Origin: Acidobacteriota bacterium | Lineage (GTDB): Bacteria; Acidobacteriota; UBA890; WLXD01 | Assembly (NCBI GenBank): GCA_965248695.1 | Contig: CBDFKD010000002.1 | Span: 3,552,001-3,616,000 of the forward strand | Length of the DNA: 64,000 nt | Direction of reading: 5' to 3' | Part shown: one piece after another, positions 37,871 to 48,846 of the stretch | How positions within the stretch are numbered: position 1 is the stretch's first letter | How the letters are laid out: every line of letters starts with the position of its first letter | The notes under the pieces: model-generated | Seen by the model: the letters and a program-made list of their open reading frames with translations, nothing else | What the model was told of the DNA's origin: nothing | Database searches by the model: none | Position numbers and translations under genes: made by a program

Positions 37871-40753
37871 TCAGAAGGAGACTCGTGCCCCTAACCGAAA
37901 CTGCCGCCCGGGCAGCAGTTGGGTTGATCGCCGGGGCGACCCGACCGCGGAGCCCCCTTCAACGATGAACGTTCGGTCGATGCGCCCTTCAACGCCGGTC
38001 GGGGAGAAGTCGTTGAGCATGTTGAATCCGTCGACCATCAACTCTAGCCGGCCATTACTCCCCATATTAAAGGACTTCGACAACCGCAGATCGAGCTGCT
38101 TATGCGAGTCCCACGTCCTGCTGCGGACCGGCTCGATGGCCGTAGAGCTGTAGGTGGCGGTGAGCAACTCGGGAATCCCCCTGCGTCCGTGCCTGATCGT
38201 GAGGTTCCATGGCCGACCCGACGAGAGGTTGAAGTACATACCCGCAAGGATGCCTCCGGGCAGCCTGTAGTTGCCCAGCACCTTCCAGCTCCACTTCCTG
38301 CTGAAGCCCAACGGACCAGACTCGGCGAACGAGTGGCCGTTGAAGTTCGGGTTGTTTGCTGCGTCGAAGCCCCCACCCCAGACGCTGTCGCCGTCGCGAT
38401 TATTAAACGTTCCCCTGTGGTTCTGCCAGGCGAGCGAGGTGCTGAAGTTGAGGCCGGAACCCGTTCGCCGTCGGTCCAGCGTCAGCATCACGATGTCGTG
38501 CGTCCGCTTATAGAAGTCGTCGTTGCTGCGGATGGGTTGCCACTCGCCGCTCGGCCTCGAATAGAGCGTTTGTGTCACCCCGCCGGGCACCACGGTTCCG
38601 TCCGCTAACGTCACGTCGGGGGAAGTGTATTCGAAGGGCGTGTACACATGCTCGAAGGTGTTCCTGTGTCGGAACATGTTGCGGTCATCTTTGTGGATGT
38701 AGTCGACCCCCGCGACCCAGTCTCTGGCGATTTCATACTGGAATCCGAAGTTGAAGACATCCGTGTGCAGCGACTTCAAGTTTGGGTCGAGCGGAAATGT
38801 AGCGGCGCTGACACTAGTCTGGTTTTCGAGTGTGAAAACAGCGTCTTGCAGCGCTAACAACTGCGCGTCGGTCGGATTGAACGGGTCGTAGTCGGCAGGG
38901 AAAAACCCGTCAGGTATCACGTAGAAGTACGACGAGTAGGGTTGGTATGGGTCCGAGTACCCGGTGCCGCTAGCGCCAGAGATGAAGCCGACGGTCATCT
39001 TCTCGAAGAAGCGCCCCCAGCTGCCATGCAGAACGGCACGGCCATTACCGCTCAGATCCAAGGTTGCACCAACGCGCGGCGCCAAGTTCTTGAACGTTAC
39101 CGCCGGGGGCCCCCCGGTTGACTTCCTGTTGAGTCTTTCGAAACCGTTCGTGCGGTCATAGCGCACCCCGAGGTTGAGGGTGAGGTTGTCGCTAGGGGTA
39201 ACGGTATCCTGCATAAAGGCTGAGCTGGATACGAGTTGGCCCTCGAGGCCAAAGTCGTAGACCGACCCGTATACGTACGAGCCATAGGTAAACATACCCC
39301 CGGCGCCGGTATAACCAGCAATCCAGTTGGCCCAGCTGTCCTTGTAGCCGAGGCCGACCTTGACGTCATGCGCGGCGCCCAGGAAGTTGTCGACGTACTG
39401 GGTCACCGATGCCGCGACCTCTTTGCGGGCGTTGTCCTCGTCCTCCAGGAAGCCCCGGGTGATCCTCCTCGAGCCGTTGTACCAGTAATCGGGTAGCTCG
39501 CAGCACACGAACGGGACGCGCAAGTAGTCCGCCTTATTGTGTGCGAGGCGGAAATCGCTGAAGGTGTTGTCGCCCCATTGGGATTGCCAGCTCAACAACA
39601 AGGTCGTGCTGCTGTAATCAGAATCCATGCCGACGGCGAGCGGCGAACCTGGTCGCAGGTCCTTATTGGACTCTCTGCCCGGATCATAGTTGATCATGAA
39701 ACCGAGCGTGTGGGAGTCGTTGAGCAGGTAATCCATCCTGCCGTGCAGTGTCCACCTATCGTTACCCTGCTGGGCATCTTCGACGGCGATCCCACCGTCC
39801 ACCCAGATCTGGTCGGCGACAACCGACTTGAGCGTTTCTTGACGGGCGGCGCTGGCAAAGAAGAGCGCCTTGTTGCGCACAATCGGGCCACCGATAGTGA
39901 CGGAAAGGTCGCGGTCGTAGGAGAACTTTCCGCGCTCGAGATCCACGATGCCGCGCGAGTTGTCGCTTCTCAGAGAGCCGTTCTGGAAGTAGAAAGCGCC
40001 GGTGCCATGAAACTCGTTGGTGCCCCCCTTGGTCACCAAGTTGATCATCGCGCCGGTGTAGTCGCTGTACTCGACGCTGGCGCCGATACCGACAATCTGG
40101 ATCTCGGCGATCGAATCCACGTTCGGGTTGACCCAGGCGGCACCCCATTCGTTTTCGGTGATGTCAACGCCGTTGAGCCGGTAGCCGTTAGTTGCGGCAC
40201 CGTGCCGATGCACGCTGGTGCCCTCGGCGTGGTTGCCGCCGGCGCCATAGGCTCCCTTGTCGGCGAAACCAGGGGCGAAGTTCGTCATGTCGGTGAAGTC
40301 ACGCGCCACCGGAACGTTTTCCAGCAGTTCCGCCGTGTAATTTATCGAGAGCGCTGCCGACTCGACGTCGATCAACGGCGTCTCGGAGACGACGGTGACC
40401 GTCTCTGAGACCCCCGCCAGCTCCAAACTCGCAATCACGGACGCGGTTGCGCCGACGTTCACCGCGACGCTGTACGCCATCGTCTGGAACCCGGTGAGCG
40501 AGACCGTCACGACGTACGTTCCCGGCCTGAGATTACGAAACCGGAAGGCACCCGCGAGGTCGCTTACCTGCGAGACAGATTCCTGGATGAGGTTGTCTCC
40601 CTCGATGGTGGCGGTGGCGCCGGGCAGCCCCGCACCATCCGCGTCCAGAACCTCCCCGACGATATTTCCGGTCGACCGGTCACCCTGCGCCATCACCTGC
40701 GCGGGGAGTATCAGGAGCATAACTACGGTCATGACGGCGAGCTTCGCGCGCAC
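37871..40753 (-). CDS. TonB-dependent receptor with carboxypeptidase-regulatory-like N-domain (Oar-like)
   Basis: G.V.D..G..LPGA, LRPGTY, TKGGTNEFHG, GGPIV..K..FF, LNLGVRYD, APRVG, terminal RLGARVSF. Confidence 0.9.
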   Translation of the reverse strand: MRAKLAVMTVVMLLILPAQVMAQGDRSTGNIVGEVLDADGAGLPGATATIEGDNLIQESVSQVSDLAGAFRFRNLRPGTYVVTVSLTGFQTMAYSVAVNVGATASVIASLELAGVSETVTVVSETPLIDVESAALSINYTAELLENVPVARDFTDMTNFAPGFADKGAYGAGGNHAEGTSVHRHGAATNGYRLNGVDITENEWGAAWVNPNVDSIAEIQIVGIGASVEYSDYTGAMINLVTKGGTNEFHGTGAFYFQNGSLRSDNSRGIVDLERGKFSYDRDLSVTIGGPIVRNKALFFASAARQETLKSVVADQIWVDGGIAVEDAQQGNDRWTLHGRMDYLLNDSHTLGFMINYDPGRESNKDLRPGSPLAVGMDSDYSSTTLLLSWQSQWGDNTFSDFRLAHNKADYLRVPFVCCELPDYWYNGSRRITRGFLEDEDNARKEVAASVTQYVDNFLGAAHDVKVGLGYKDSWANWIAGYTGAGGMFTYGSYVYGSVYDFGLEGQLVSSSAFMQDTVTPSDNLTLNLGVRYDRTNGFERLNRKSTGGPPAVTFKNLAPRVGATLDLSGNGRAVLHGSWGRFFEKMTVGFISGASGTGYSDPYQPYSSYFYVIPDGFFPADYDPFNPTDAQLLALQDAVFTLENQTSVSAATFPLDPNLKSLHTDVFNFGFQYEIARDWVAGVDYIHKDDRNMFRHRNTFEHVYTPFEYTSPDVTLADGTVVPGGVTQTLYSRPSGEWQPIRSNDDFYKRTHDIVMLTLDRRRTGSGLNFSTSLAWQNHRGTFNNRDGDSVWGGGFDAANNPNFNGHSFAESGPLGFSRKWSWKVLGNYRLPGGILAGMYFNLSSGRPWNLTIRHGRRGIPELLTATYSSTAIEPVRSRTWDSHKQLDLRLSKSFNMGSNGRLELMVDGFNMLNDFSPTGVEGRIDRTFIVEGGSAVGSPRRSTQLLPGRQFRLGARVSF

Positions 40754-40904
40754 AGCATCTCCTCCGGGGCGACGCCTTCACCGTGGGCAATGCCGTCACC
40801 CGACTTCAAACAAGGCTAATTCTCAATTCGCTTACTAGCACTGCACCGAATCCGCTGTCAAGGCTCACGTCAAGCTTCCACCAAATATGTGAAGCATCCC
40901 ACAA

Positions 40905-41103
40905 GCAGCGCTGGCCCAGATCGATCGCCACAACATCGCCGACCTGCGGGTCGCCTGGCGTCGCCCGGCGGTGGACCAGGCGTTCGAAGACGCCTACCCG
41001 GAGGTGCGGATTCCGAGCTACTTCCGGTCGCCCCGATCATGCTCGACGGCCTGCTGTTGGCGCCGAACGGCGTCGGCCTGCTGCGCGCCCTGGACCCTGG
41101 AAC
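40905..41103 (+). pseudogene. PQQ dehydrogenase N-terminal remnant (paralogue of 990-2933)
   Basis: LAQIDRHNIADLRVAWRRPAVD...SYFRS, frameshift, PIMLDG...APNGVGL..ALDPGT; aligns by eye to the intact gene. Confidence 0.75.
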
Positions 41104-41327
41104 TGTCGCCCGGCGCCCGATCATCCGTCGCGCCCGAAACCAGCACCCCGCCCCCAACCATCACCAGGAGCACTCGGGTTCCTTGGCTCTGGGAACACCT
41201 GGAAAATAATCCGGGATTTCCCAGATAACCCTTGTCGAGTCACGTTCCTGGCTTTGGTCAGTATCGGGACGCCTGGATTCAACCACCGATCGTTGCGCTC
41301 CTCAGACGGATCGCTTAGCCCGCGAGC

Positions 41328-42944
41328 TTACTGGACAACGCCATTGTTCTCTCTAAAGGCTGGTTTGACTTTTGCCTGCTCCTCCCACTGCTCACCGTAA
41401 AGAGACTTGAAAACTTGAACCTGGTCGGTCGATCCCTTTACAGTGCCGCCCCGCCAAAGGTCATACTCGACATCAGAATAGGTGTCGAAGAACGTGGTGA
41501 GCTTTCCATCCAGTTCCGAAACCACTTCGGCGTAGTCGGGAGTCCCATATAGATCGTGCATTTGCTCCGGATCCGCTTGTATATCGTAGAGCTCATGCTC
41601 ACCTGTACCTTTGAGCCGTTTCCAATATGAATAACGATCGGTTCTGATTGTACGAGTTGCCTCTTCATCCATATACACGGCATCGGCCCATGCCTCGAGC
41701 TTCCTCCCTTCCAGGTGTTCGGCAAAGCTCCTTCCAGGGGAGTTGGCTATTTCCACATCTCCAAACCCAGCCAGATCAAGTATTGTGGGCATGAGGTCGT
41801 ATTGCCCAACGAGCAGATCACTTACTTGCTCTTGTTTGATGGCGCCGGGATAGCGAGCAATGAACGGTACGTTCATCGGCGTATCGTACAGACTCGATGG
41901 AAATGTGCTAGCGGGATGGCCCCAAAGGCCATGTTGTCCGAAGAACATTCCCTGATCACTCGTGTAGATGACTAACGTATCTTCTTCGAGTCCGGTTTCC
42001 TTCAGTGTTGTCAATAGACGGCCGACACCATCGTCCACCATCGTATTTTCTGACGCTATATTGGCCATCGATGCTTGGTCGTTATGCATGCGAGCCAAGC
42101 TGGCGTACCATCCGGAGTAGGGTGGCCTTAACTGCTCGAGTATCCCGTCGTTGATCCTGGTTCTGGGAAACGAAGGGAAATCTCTGTCCTTATAGAATTC
42201 ATAGTGCGGGTTCTTGGCCGGACCGAGGTTCGGTGGAGGTTGCATATAAGGACCGTTGAAGGTAACCAGCAGGAAGAAGGGCCTCTGGTGATCATAGTTC
42301 TCCAGGTATGCGACTGCTTTGTCGGCGAAGAACTCGACACTGTGCTTATCCTCTAATCTGTACGTTCTGTTGTTGTCATTGATCTCAGTGGACCAGAAAT
42401 CGGGGGTGAGGCCACCATCGAACGTCACCCAATAATCGAACCAGCCGTCCGGTGGACGTGTGTGACCTAGGTGCCATTTGCCGATTAATGACGTTCGATA
42501 TCCTCCGGTCCTTAGTGTGTACGGTAATGTTCTGTACTCTCTGATCGCATTCCAATCGTCGGGCCAATTCTCTATCTTTCCGTTATCTAGCCAGGAATGA
42601 ACGCCGTGTTGAGAAGGCATAAGTCCAGTCAGCAGTGTTGCACGTGTTGGAGAACAATAACCGTGCACGGCGAAAACACGCGTAAGACGTATTCCTTCGT
42701 TGGCTAGTCGATCGATATTGGGCGTCCTGACATCCGGGTTTCCATAAGCCCCCAGGATCGAGGCGGGTTGGTTGTCGGCCACTATGTAGAGAATGTTCGG
42801 CCTGACTTGTGCCCCTGCGGACATTGCAGAAGAAACTTGCGGCCGCGCGGGTATTACAGAAAAGAGGAGGAGTAAGGAGATAAACACATATGGCTTCCGA
42901 TGAGTGTGGATGCCATGAACCGTCGCCAACACCTGATCCTTCAT
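41328..42944 (-). CDS. Sulfatase (Cys-type formylglycine); start uncertain
   Basis: PNILYIVAD, CSPTRATLLTG, GKWHLG, YTSDQG, ELYD..DP; visibly more AT-rich than neighbours. Confidence 0.92.
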   Translation of the reverse strand: MKDQVLATVHGIHTHRKPYVFISLLLLFSVIPARPQVSSAMSAGAQVRPNILYIVADNQPASILGAYGNPDVRTPNIDRLANEGIRLTRVFAVHGYCSPTRATLLTGLMPSQHGVHSWLDNGKIENWPDDWNAIREYRTLPYTLRTGGYRTSLIGKWHLGHTRPPDGWFDYWVTFDGGLTPDFWSTEINDNNRTYRLEDKHSVEFFADKAVAYLENYDHQRPFFLLVTFNGPYMQPPPNLGPAKNPHYEFYKDRDFPSFPRTRINDGILEQLRPPYSGWYASLARMHNDQASMANIASENTMVDDGVGRLLTTLKETGLEEDTLVIYTSDQGMFFGQHGLWGHPASTFPSSLYDTPMNVPFIARYPGAIKQEQVSDLLVGQYDLMPTILDLAGFGDVEIANSPGRSFAEHLEGRKLEAWADAVYMDEEATRTIRTDRYSYWKRLKGTGEHELYDIQADPEQMHDLYGTPDYAEVVSELDGKLTTFFDTYSDVEYDLWRGGTVKGSTDQVQVFKSLYGEQWEEQAKVKPAFRENNGVVQ

Positions 42945-43249
42945 AATCAGTTCCTCCGCAATACCGTCGGTCGTCCACGATACGAGGCGTTGGGGAAACA
43001 ACCTGGCAGAGGTCTCGCATCAGCTGACCCGGCAAAGGGAGACCACACCCGAAGAACGCCCTGGTTGTCCTAAGTTACATCACGAGAGAGAGTTGACGGG
43101 CGCTCGCTGAGCCAACGCATGTGTCGCATGAGTCTCACCGGTGGGCACGATGGCTCCAATCTGTCACCGAAAATGTCACCGGGAGCGGGTGCACCCTGCG
43201 GTGAGACCTCTCAGGTGGAGCTTCGGTCCGCGAGACTTCTCTGACGACG

Positions 43250-43325
43250 CTACGGGTCCGTCGGCACGAGCCGGTTTAGCTCGTCCAACCAGTTGAGCAC
43301 GCAAGTGGATCTGTGTGACCGGCCT
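43250..43325 (-). pseudogene. Kinase-PD40 C-terminal tail remnant
   Basis: RPVTQIHL(+1)VLNWLDELNRLVPTDP*; last 38 nt match 51721-51758 at 36/38. Confidence 0.65.
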
Positions 43326-43455
43326 TTGCATTGGCCGCGAGATTCATGAACTATGCCGGGGCGGCAAGTGCAGTCGAATACCAGTGGGACAGCGGTCGTG
43401 CCCACCGGCTCATCCTCGGTGCCGGATAGGTCCCCTTTTTCTTGGAGGACTCCAG

Positions 43456-44751
43456 ATGGTGCGTCGAATAGCTTTGGGCCTCGTCGCGATATGGCTCCAT
43501 GCGACTCCAGTGTCCAGCCAGGTTGTCGCGATCAAGGCAGGACAGGTAGTGAACACCGAGTCCGGCACGACCGCGACAAACCAAATCATTATCGTCGAGT
43601 CTGGTGTCGTTAAGGCGGTTGGCCCGGGTCTTCCGATCCCGGACGGTGCGGAGCTTGTGGACCTCTCGACCTCGACCGTCCTCCCGGGACTATTCGATGC
43701 CCATACGCACCTTTGCATGAACGTTCGTCCTGGACGCGACGCGGGCAATTACTACTTCACCACCCTGCAGGATTCCGATGCAGCGCGGGCACTCGATGGT
43801 GTAATAAACGGCCGGTCGATGCTCAACGCAGGCTTCACCACCGTTCGTGACATCGGCAATGAGGGGGCGTATGCGTGCACGGAGTTGCGCCGTGCCATTG
43901 AAACGGGGCGTCTTGTTGGTCCCACAATAATCAATGCCGGTCGGATCATCGCCCCGTTTGGGGGGCAGTTCAGCCTCCAGCCAGACAGGCCAAATCTCGG
44001 TGAGCCCGAGTATTTCTTCGCCGATACGCGGGACGAAATGGTCAAAGCCATCCGCGAAAACGTCCATTACGGCGCGATGGTGATCAAGATCGTGGTCGAT
44101 GATCAGGACTACATTTACTCGTCTGATGACATCAGGTTCATGAAAGAGGAGGCGGCTCGCGCCGGTCGGCGGTTGGCCGCACACGCCTGGACAGCCAAGG
44201 GCGCTCACAATGCGGCTGAAGCCGGGGTTGCCTCGATAGAGCATGTGTGGGCGATCGAGGATGCTGACCTCGAATTGGCAAAAGCAAATGGTGTCACTGC
44301 TGTCTTTACACCGTTCCCGAACGAAGAGTGGAGCGCCTGCTGCCGGCAGCACTACCCGGGATTCGTATTGGAGAGGCCCACGGCTGAGGAAATGGCTGGA
44401 GTGCATGCCCAGCAGATCGACCGCATCAGCAGTGCCCTGAGGATCGGGGTTCCGATGGTTTTCGGCTCCGATGCCGTCACTGAGCTACCCGGGCACACGC
44501 GTGGGACTCTGGCCATGAGCCGCATCGACATGTTTACGGAGGCAGGGATGACGCCCGCTCACCTACTCCGGTCCATGACGACAAGCGCCGCGGAACTATT
44601 GGGCGTGGCCGAAGTGCGCGGAACGATTGCTCCGGGAATGGCCGCGGACCTCATTGCGACACCGCGCAATCCCCTTGATGACATCCAGGAACTGAAGCGC
44701 GTGTTCTTTGTCATGAAAGACGGCGTGATCGTTCGTCAGGGTCCAGGCTAG
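43456..44751 (+). CDS. Metal-dependent amidohydrolase (Xaa-Pro dipeptidase-like)
   Basis: GGAGG RBS; VLPGLFDAHTH, AAHA, SIEH, FGSDA, ADLIA. Confidence 0.88.
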   Translation: MVRRIALGLVAIWLHATPVSSQVVAIKAGQVVNTESGTTATNQIIIVESGVVKAVGPGLPIPDGAELVDLSTSTVLPGLFDAHTHLCMNVRPGRDAGNYYFTTLQDSDAARALDGVINGRSMLNAGFTTVRDIGNEGAYACTELRRAIETGRLVGPTIINAGRIIAPFGGQFSLQPDRPNLGEPEYFFADTRDEMVKAIRENVHYGAMVIKIVVDDQDYIYSSDDIRFMKEEAARAGRRLAAHAWTAKGAHNAAEAGVASIEHVWAIEDADLELAKANGVTAVFTPFPNEEWSACCRQHYPGFVLERPTAEEMAGVHAQQIDRISSALRIGVPMVFGSDAVTELPGHTRGTLAMSRIDMFTEAGMTPAHLLRSMTTSAAELLGVAEVRGTIAPGMAADLIATPRNPLDDIQELKRVFFVMKDGVIVRQGPG

Positions 44752-44758
44752 GGGCAGG

Positions 44759-47440
44759 TCAATAGGTCCAGAAGTCGGGGGTCGGCATGCCGGTGGCCGC
44801 TATCTCCCGCGTGTATAGCGAGGCGTTGAATAGGACGCGGAACGTTCCGAATGGTTGGGCGCGCCACTGCGGCCGGAAGCCTAGCAGGACCACGTGGCCG
44901 TCGCCGTGCGCGACGTCGATCGCGGCGGCGTAGCCTCGCATGTGCTCCTCGCCGAGCAGGAAGCCGGACAGCAGCGGCGATCCGGCCGTCGCGTACTTGG
45001 CGAGCACGCTGCCATGAAAGCCTTCTTCAGTCGTGAACACCGGGCTGTTCATGAACATGATCTTGGCGCGCTCCGGCATGCCGCCCATGATCGGGTGGGC
45101 GGTGTCGACGGTGGCCTCGACGACCGATCCACTGATGAAGAAGTCCGTTGATTCGAGTTCCCTGACGACGTCGCGAACTGGCAAATGGAGCTCATCGATG
45201 GCGAAGCGGCTGCTGCGGTTGAGGCAGACGAGAGTCCCTCCGTCGCGTACGAAAGCGTCGAGGGCGCGGGTCCCCTCGCGGCCGATGCCTCCGGTGTAGG
45301 GCGGCGGAACGCTGCCGACCGGGGCGCCTTCGATGATCTGTTGTGGCGACAGATCTACGAGCACGATGACGTCGTAGCGCCCGCGCAGGTCGCCTGCCCG
45401 CATGTCGGCGTTGTAGACGGTCTTGAATCCAAAGCCGTACTGCTCGAGCAGCCAACGCGTCCATCCCTCGTCCATGCTCGGTTGCCACGGCCGATAAAGC
45501 CCGATGCGGGGCCGCCGCACGGTCTCACCGGCGGTGGGCCCACGTTCCGCTTGGAGAGCCAACTCCTTGACCATCGAGTCGACCTGTCCGGCGGAGAGCC
45601 CGGAGACGATGTATCGACTCCCTGCGCCGCCGGAGGAAGCGGCGCGGAAACGTACATGCGCCCCCGAGCCCCAGGCGCGATTCACGGCACGGAAGCTGTT
45701 GTTCTGCGCCGGATCGAGCAGCAGCGCCGGACCGTTCCCGGTTACCGAGCCTGCCGGAGGCGTGATGGCGGCGGCGATCGGATGGGTGTTGAAGCCAGCG
45801 CCCGGGACGCTGTCGAAGGGCTCTGCGTCCCCCTCGACGCTCCAGTCTACGGTCTCACCGACCACCGGCACCATCGTCGCCTGGACCGAATCGTCGAGCG
45901 GCGAGCCAGTTGCGACCGTGCGGACGTCCATCTGATAGGGCAGCGTCCAGCCGGCGATGTCGTACGGAAGATCGGGCGGACCTCCGGGATATTGGCGGAG
46001 ATCCGGATAGCGCTGTACGTCCAAGAGTACGGCCGCGAAGTTGGCGTTGGCGCGATCCATGGGTATGACCCAGGTGCCCGCGGGGTGGGTCTGACCGTCG
46101 ACCACCGCGTCCTGATTCAGGCGGTACACCGCAACGTCGTGGAAAGCTAGCCGCCGCAACAACTCGACTGCCGCCACCGGATCACGCTGTTGCACCGGTA
46201 TGAAGTACGCGTACGGCGGGCTCTCCGAGTAGTGTCGGATGGTGTCGCGCCCGGCCACGTAGCGGTTGTACAAGAATCGCTCTCGGAACTTCGCGCTCAT
46301 GTCGAGCGTCGACCAGGTGGTCGCCAACATGATGTTGATCGAGTCGCGTTGTCGCCACCAACCACCGCGCCACAGCGACGCGTGAAGCGACTCGGGTAGC
46401 AGCGCTTGGTGCTCCGGCGGGAAGTCGCGCACACTGTAGAAGCGCGGCGAAGGTGAGGTATGCAGACCCACCTCGCTGAACATGCTGACGACGTTGTGGA
46501 AGAAGTTGCCGTAGTCGATGTAGCCGGGGTACCAGAAGTCGTAAAACTCACCCATGTGCTCGGCGCCGGGCAGGCCTTTCTCGTCCATCGCTTGGGCGGC
46601 CGCAGTGCCCAGCAGGTTGAGCGTCCGGGTCATCAAGGGGTGCACGTATGGGCTGATCGGCTCGCCGTTAGGCGGTAGCCACATGGTCGAGGGGAACGTC
46701 GCAGTCATGTGGTGGGTATAGAGAACCTGCGGCTCCCAATGACGCAGGAGCCGCACCACAGTCCGCGACTCGATCATGTTCAGGCCATAGGCGTCGCGGT
46801 TGTTGTCATGGCCGATGTACTTCTGGTACAGGCGCGGCATCGGGGCGGTCTCGTATGGGGTCCCGAGGTTCTGGCGGTACCAGTCGACGACCATGTTCTG
46901 GCCGTCAGGGTTGATCGAGGGATAGAGAATGAGAATGACTTCGTTGAGGATTTCGCGCGCGATCGATCCCTCCTTTTCTGTGATCAGGTCGTATGCGAAC
47001 TGGATGGTGAGCTGGGCGTGAGCGCTCTCGCTCGCGTGTAGGCCCCCATCGACCGTGACGATCACCTTGCCCTCCTGCGCCAGCGCCCGCGCCTCCTCGT
47101 CGGACAGCCCGACGGGGTTGGCGAGGCGCTTGGAAATCTCGCGATAGTGCTCGGCGTTCGCAAGGTTCTCCGGCGACGAGATCAACGCGATGAACCAGGG
47201 TCGACCCTCGGAAGTACGGCCGATCTCGCGCAGCTCCAAGCGATCGCTGGCAGCGTCCAATGCCCGGAAATAGGCGATCGACTCGTCGTAGGATGCGAGC
47301 TTGAAATCATCGCCGACGTGGAATCCAAGGATCTCTTCGGGAGCGGGCACGTGCGTCTGCGCCCCTGCAGCCCCGGGTGCCGGGCTTACGACGACGATCA
47401 GGAAGAAGAGGGCGCAGGCAACGCGTTGCGTCGAGTTCAT
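44759..47440 (-). CDS. M14 zinc carboxypeptidase family protein
   Basis: GGLHASE (HxxE), NPDG, HDNNRD, PYDIAGWTL, MDEGWTRW. Confidence 0.9.
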   Translation of the reverse strand: MNSTQRVACALFFLIVVVSPAPGAAGAQTHVPAPEEILGFHVGDDFKLASYDESIAYFRALDAASDRLELREIGRTSEGRPWFIALISSPENLANAEHYREISKRLANPVGLSDEEARALAQEGKVIVTVDGGLHASESAHAQLTIQFAYDLITEKEGSIAREILNEVILILYPSINPDGQNMVVDWYRQNLGTPYETAPMPRLYQKYIGHDNNRDAYGLNMIESRTVVRLLRHWEPQVLYTHHMTATFPSTMWLPPNGEPISPYVHPLMTRTLNLLGTAAAQAMDEKGLPGAEHMGEFYDFWYPGYIDYGNFFHNVVSMFSEVGLHTSPSPRFYSVRDFPPEHQALLPESLHASLWRGGWWRQRDSINIMLATTWSTLDMSAKFRERFLYNRYVAGRDTIRHYSESPPYAYFIPVQQRDPVAAVELLRRLAFHDVAVYRLNQDAVVDGQTHPAGTWVIPMDRANANFAAVLLDVQRYPDLRQYPGGPPDLPYDIAGWTLPYQMDVRTVATGSPLDDSVQATMVPVVGETVDWSVEGDAEPFDSVPGAGFNTHPIAAAITPPAGSVTGNGPALLLDPAQNNSFRAVNRAWGSGAHVRFRAASSGGAGSRYIVSGLSAGQVDSMVKELALQAERGPTAGETVRRPRIGLYRPWQPSMDEGWTRWLLEQYGFGFKTVYNADMRAGDLRGRYDVIVLVDLSPQQIIEGAPVGSVPPPYTGGIGREGTRALDAFVRDGGTLVCLNRSSRFAIDELHLPVRDVVRELESTDFFISGSVVEATVDTAHPIMGGMPERAKIMFMNSPVFTTEEGFHGSVLAKYATAGSPLLSGFLLGEEHMRGYAAAIDVAHGDGHVVLLGFRPQWRAQPFGTFRVLFNASLYTREIAATGMPTPDFWTY

Positions 47441-47536
47441 TGGGTCAACTCCAAAGCCAGGGCCGGAACCGCGTTCCGAATTGAAGAGATCGATTGCAGC
47501 AGTCGCCAACCAAACCGCATATCAGCGAGGTGAGCC

Positions 47537-48785
47537 ATGGAGCGCAGGGATTCTTCGCGATCAGAGATCCGGCCGGGGAATCCGGGAAAGGGGATCTCCA
47601 CCGCAGTCTGTTGGTTGATGTTGATGACCGGTTGCTCCGGGATGCCACCGACCTCTGCCTGGCAGGAAGAGAGCCTCGCAGTAGACGAGCTTTTCGAGGG
47701 TATCGTCACAGAAGGCACACCCGGCTGCGCAGTAGGGGTCATTCATCAGGGGGAGTACATCCACAAGGCGGGCTATGGGATGGCCAACCTCGAACACGAT
47801 ATCCCGATCTCGACATCCTCTGTGTTCCGGGTAGGTTCGATTTCCAAGCAGTTCACCGCGATGTCGATCGCGATCCTGGCTGAGCGCGGCGAGCTCGATC
47901 TTGATGCAGATGTCCATACCTATCTTCCGGAACTACGGGATTACGGCCACAAAGTCACGGGAGGTCGTCCGGCAGATGGTGCATCACGTTAGCGGCATGG
48001 CCCACTACTCGGGGCGTGACGCTGAGCTCTCGACGCCGCGGATGACCCTCGCTCGGCTCGCTGAGGCGGGTCACGGGGTGTTCGAGCGCCCTGAGCTTCG
48101 AGAAACGACATCGCCGCAGAGTTTCGCCAACGGTGATCATCTCACCGTTGACGAGTTCTACGCTGGCCTCGCGATGCTGGAGCTACGCACGCCACCGGAA
48201 ACAGAGTTCCGCTACAACAATGCAGCGTATGTTCTTCTGTGGCTGCTAGCGGAGCGTGTGTCCGGCAAGACTTTGCGCGAACTTGCAGCCGCCGAGATCT
48301 TCGGCCCCCTGGGCATGGAGCACAGCTTCTTCAACGACGATGCGACGGGCATCGTACGGGAGCGTGCCGACGGCTATCGCAAGACAGAAGCCGGTGCCTG
48401 GCATATCTACAAGGTCGACTTGGACTTGCTGGGCGACGGTGGCGTGTTCACGACCATCGACGACTTCATCCAGTGGGATCAGAACTTCTACGACAACAAG
48501 CTTGGCAGTGGTGGACAATCGCTGATGGACATCGTCCTCTCTACACATCCAGTGGCGTGGAGGAATGGTAGCCAGTACGCCTTCGGGCTGAGTATCGGCG
48601 AGTACGAAGGACACCGCAGAGTGTTTCACGGAGGCGCCTGGGTCGGTTACCGCGCCTTCTACGAACGCTTTCCAGATCTGCAGTTCTCCGTCGTCACCCT
48701 CTGTAACTTCGCAAGCGCGACGCCCTGGGAGTTCTCTGAGAGGGTGGCGGACATTTACCTGCCTTCCGTGAGCTCGGCGCGCTGA
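47537..48785 (+). pseudogene. Serine hydrolase (beta-lactamase family) split by a 7-bp insertion
   Basis: FRVGSISKQF in ORF 47537-47992; HH.SG, YNN, HGG in ORF 47901-48785; removing 47960-47966 fuses them. Confidence 0.8.
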
Positions 48786-48846
48786 AGACGTAACGGACGG
48801 AGCAGTAGGTATCGTGCCGCAACCTGATGGAGAAGGAGGCAACGCC

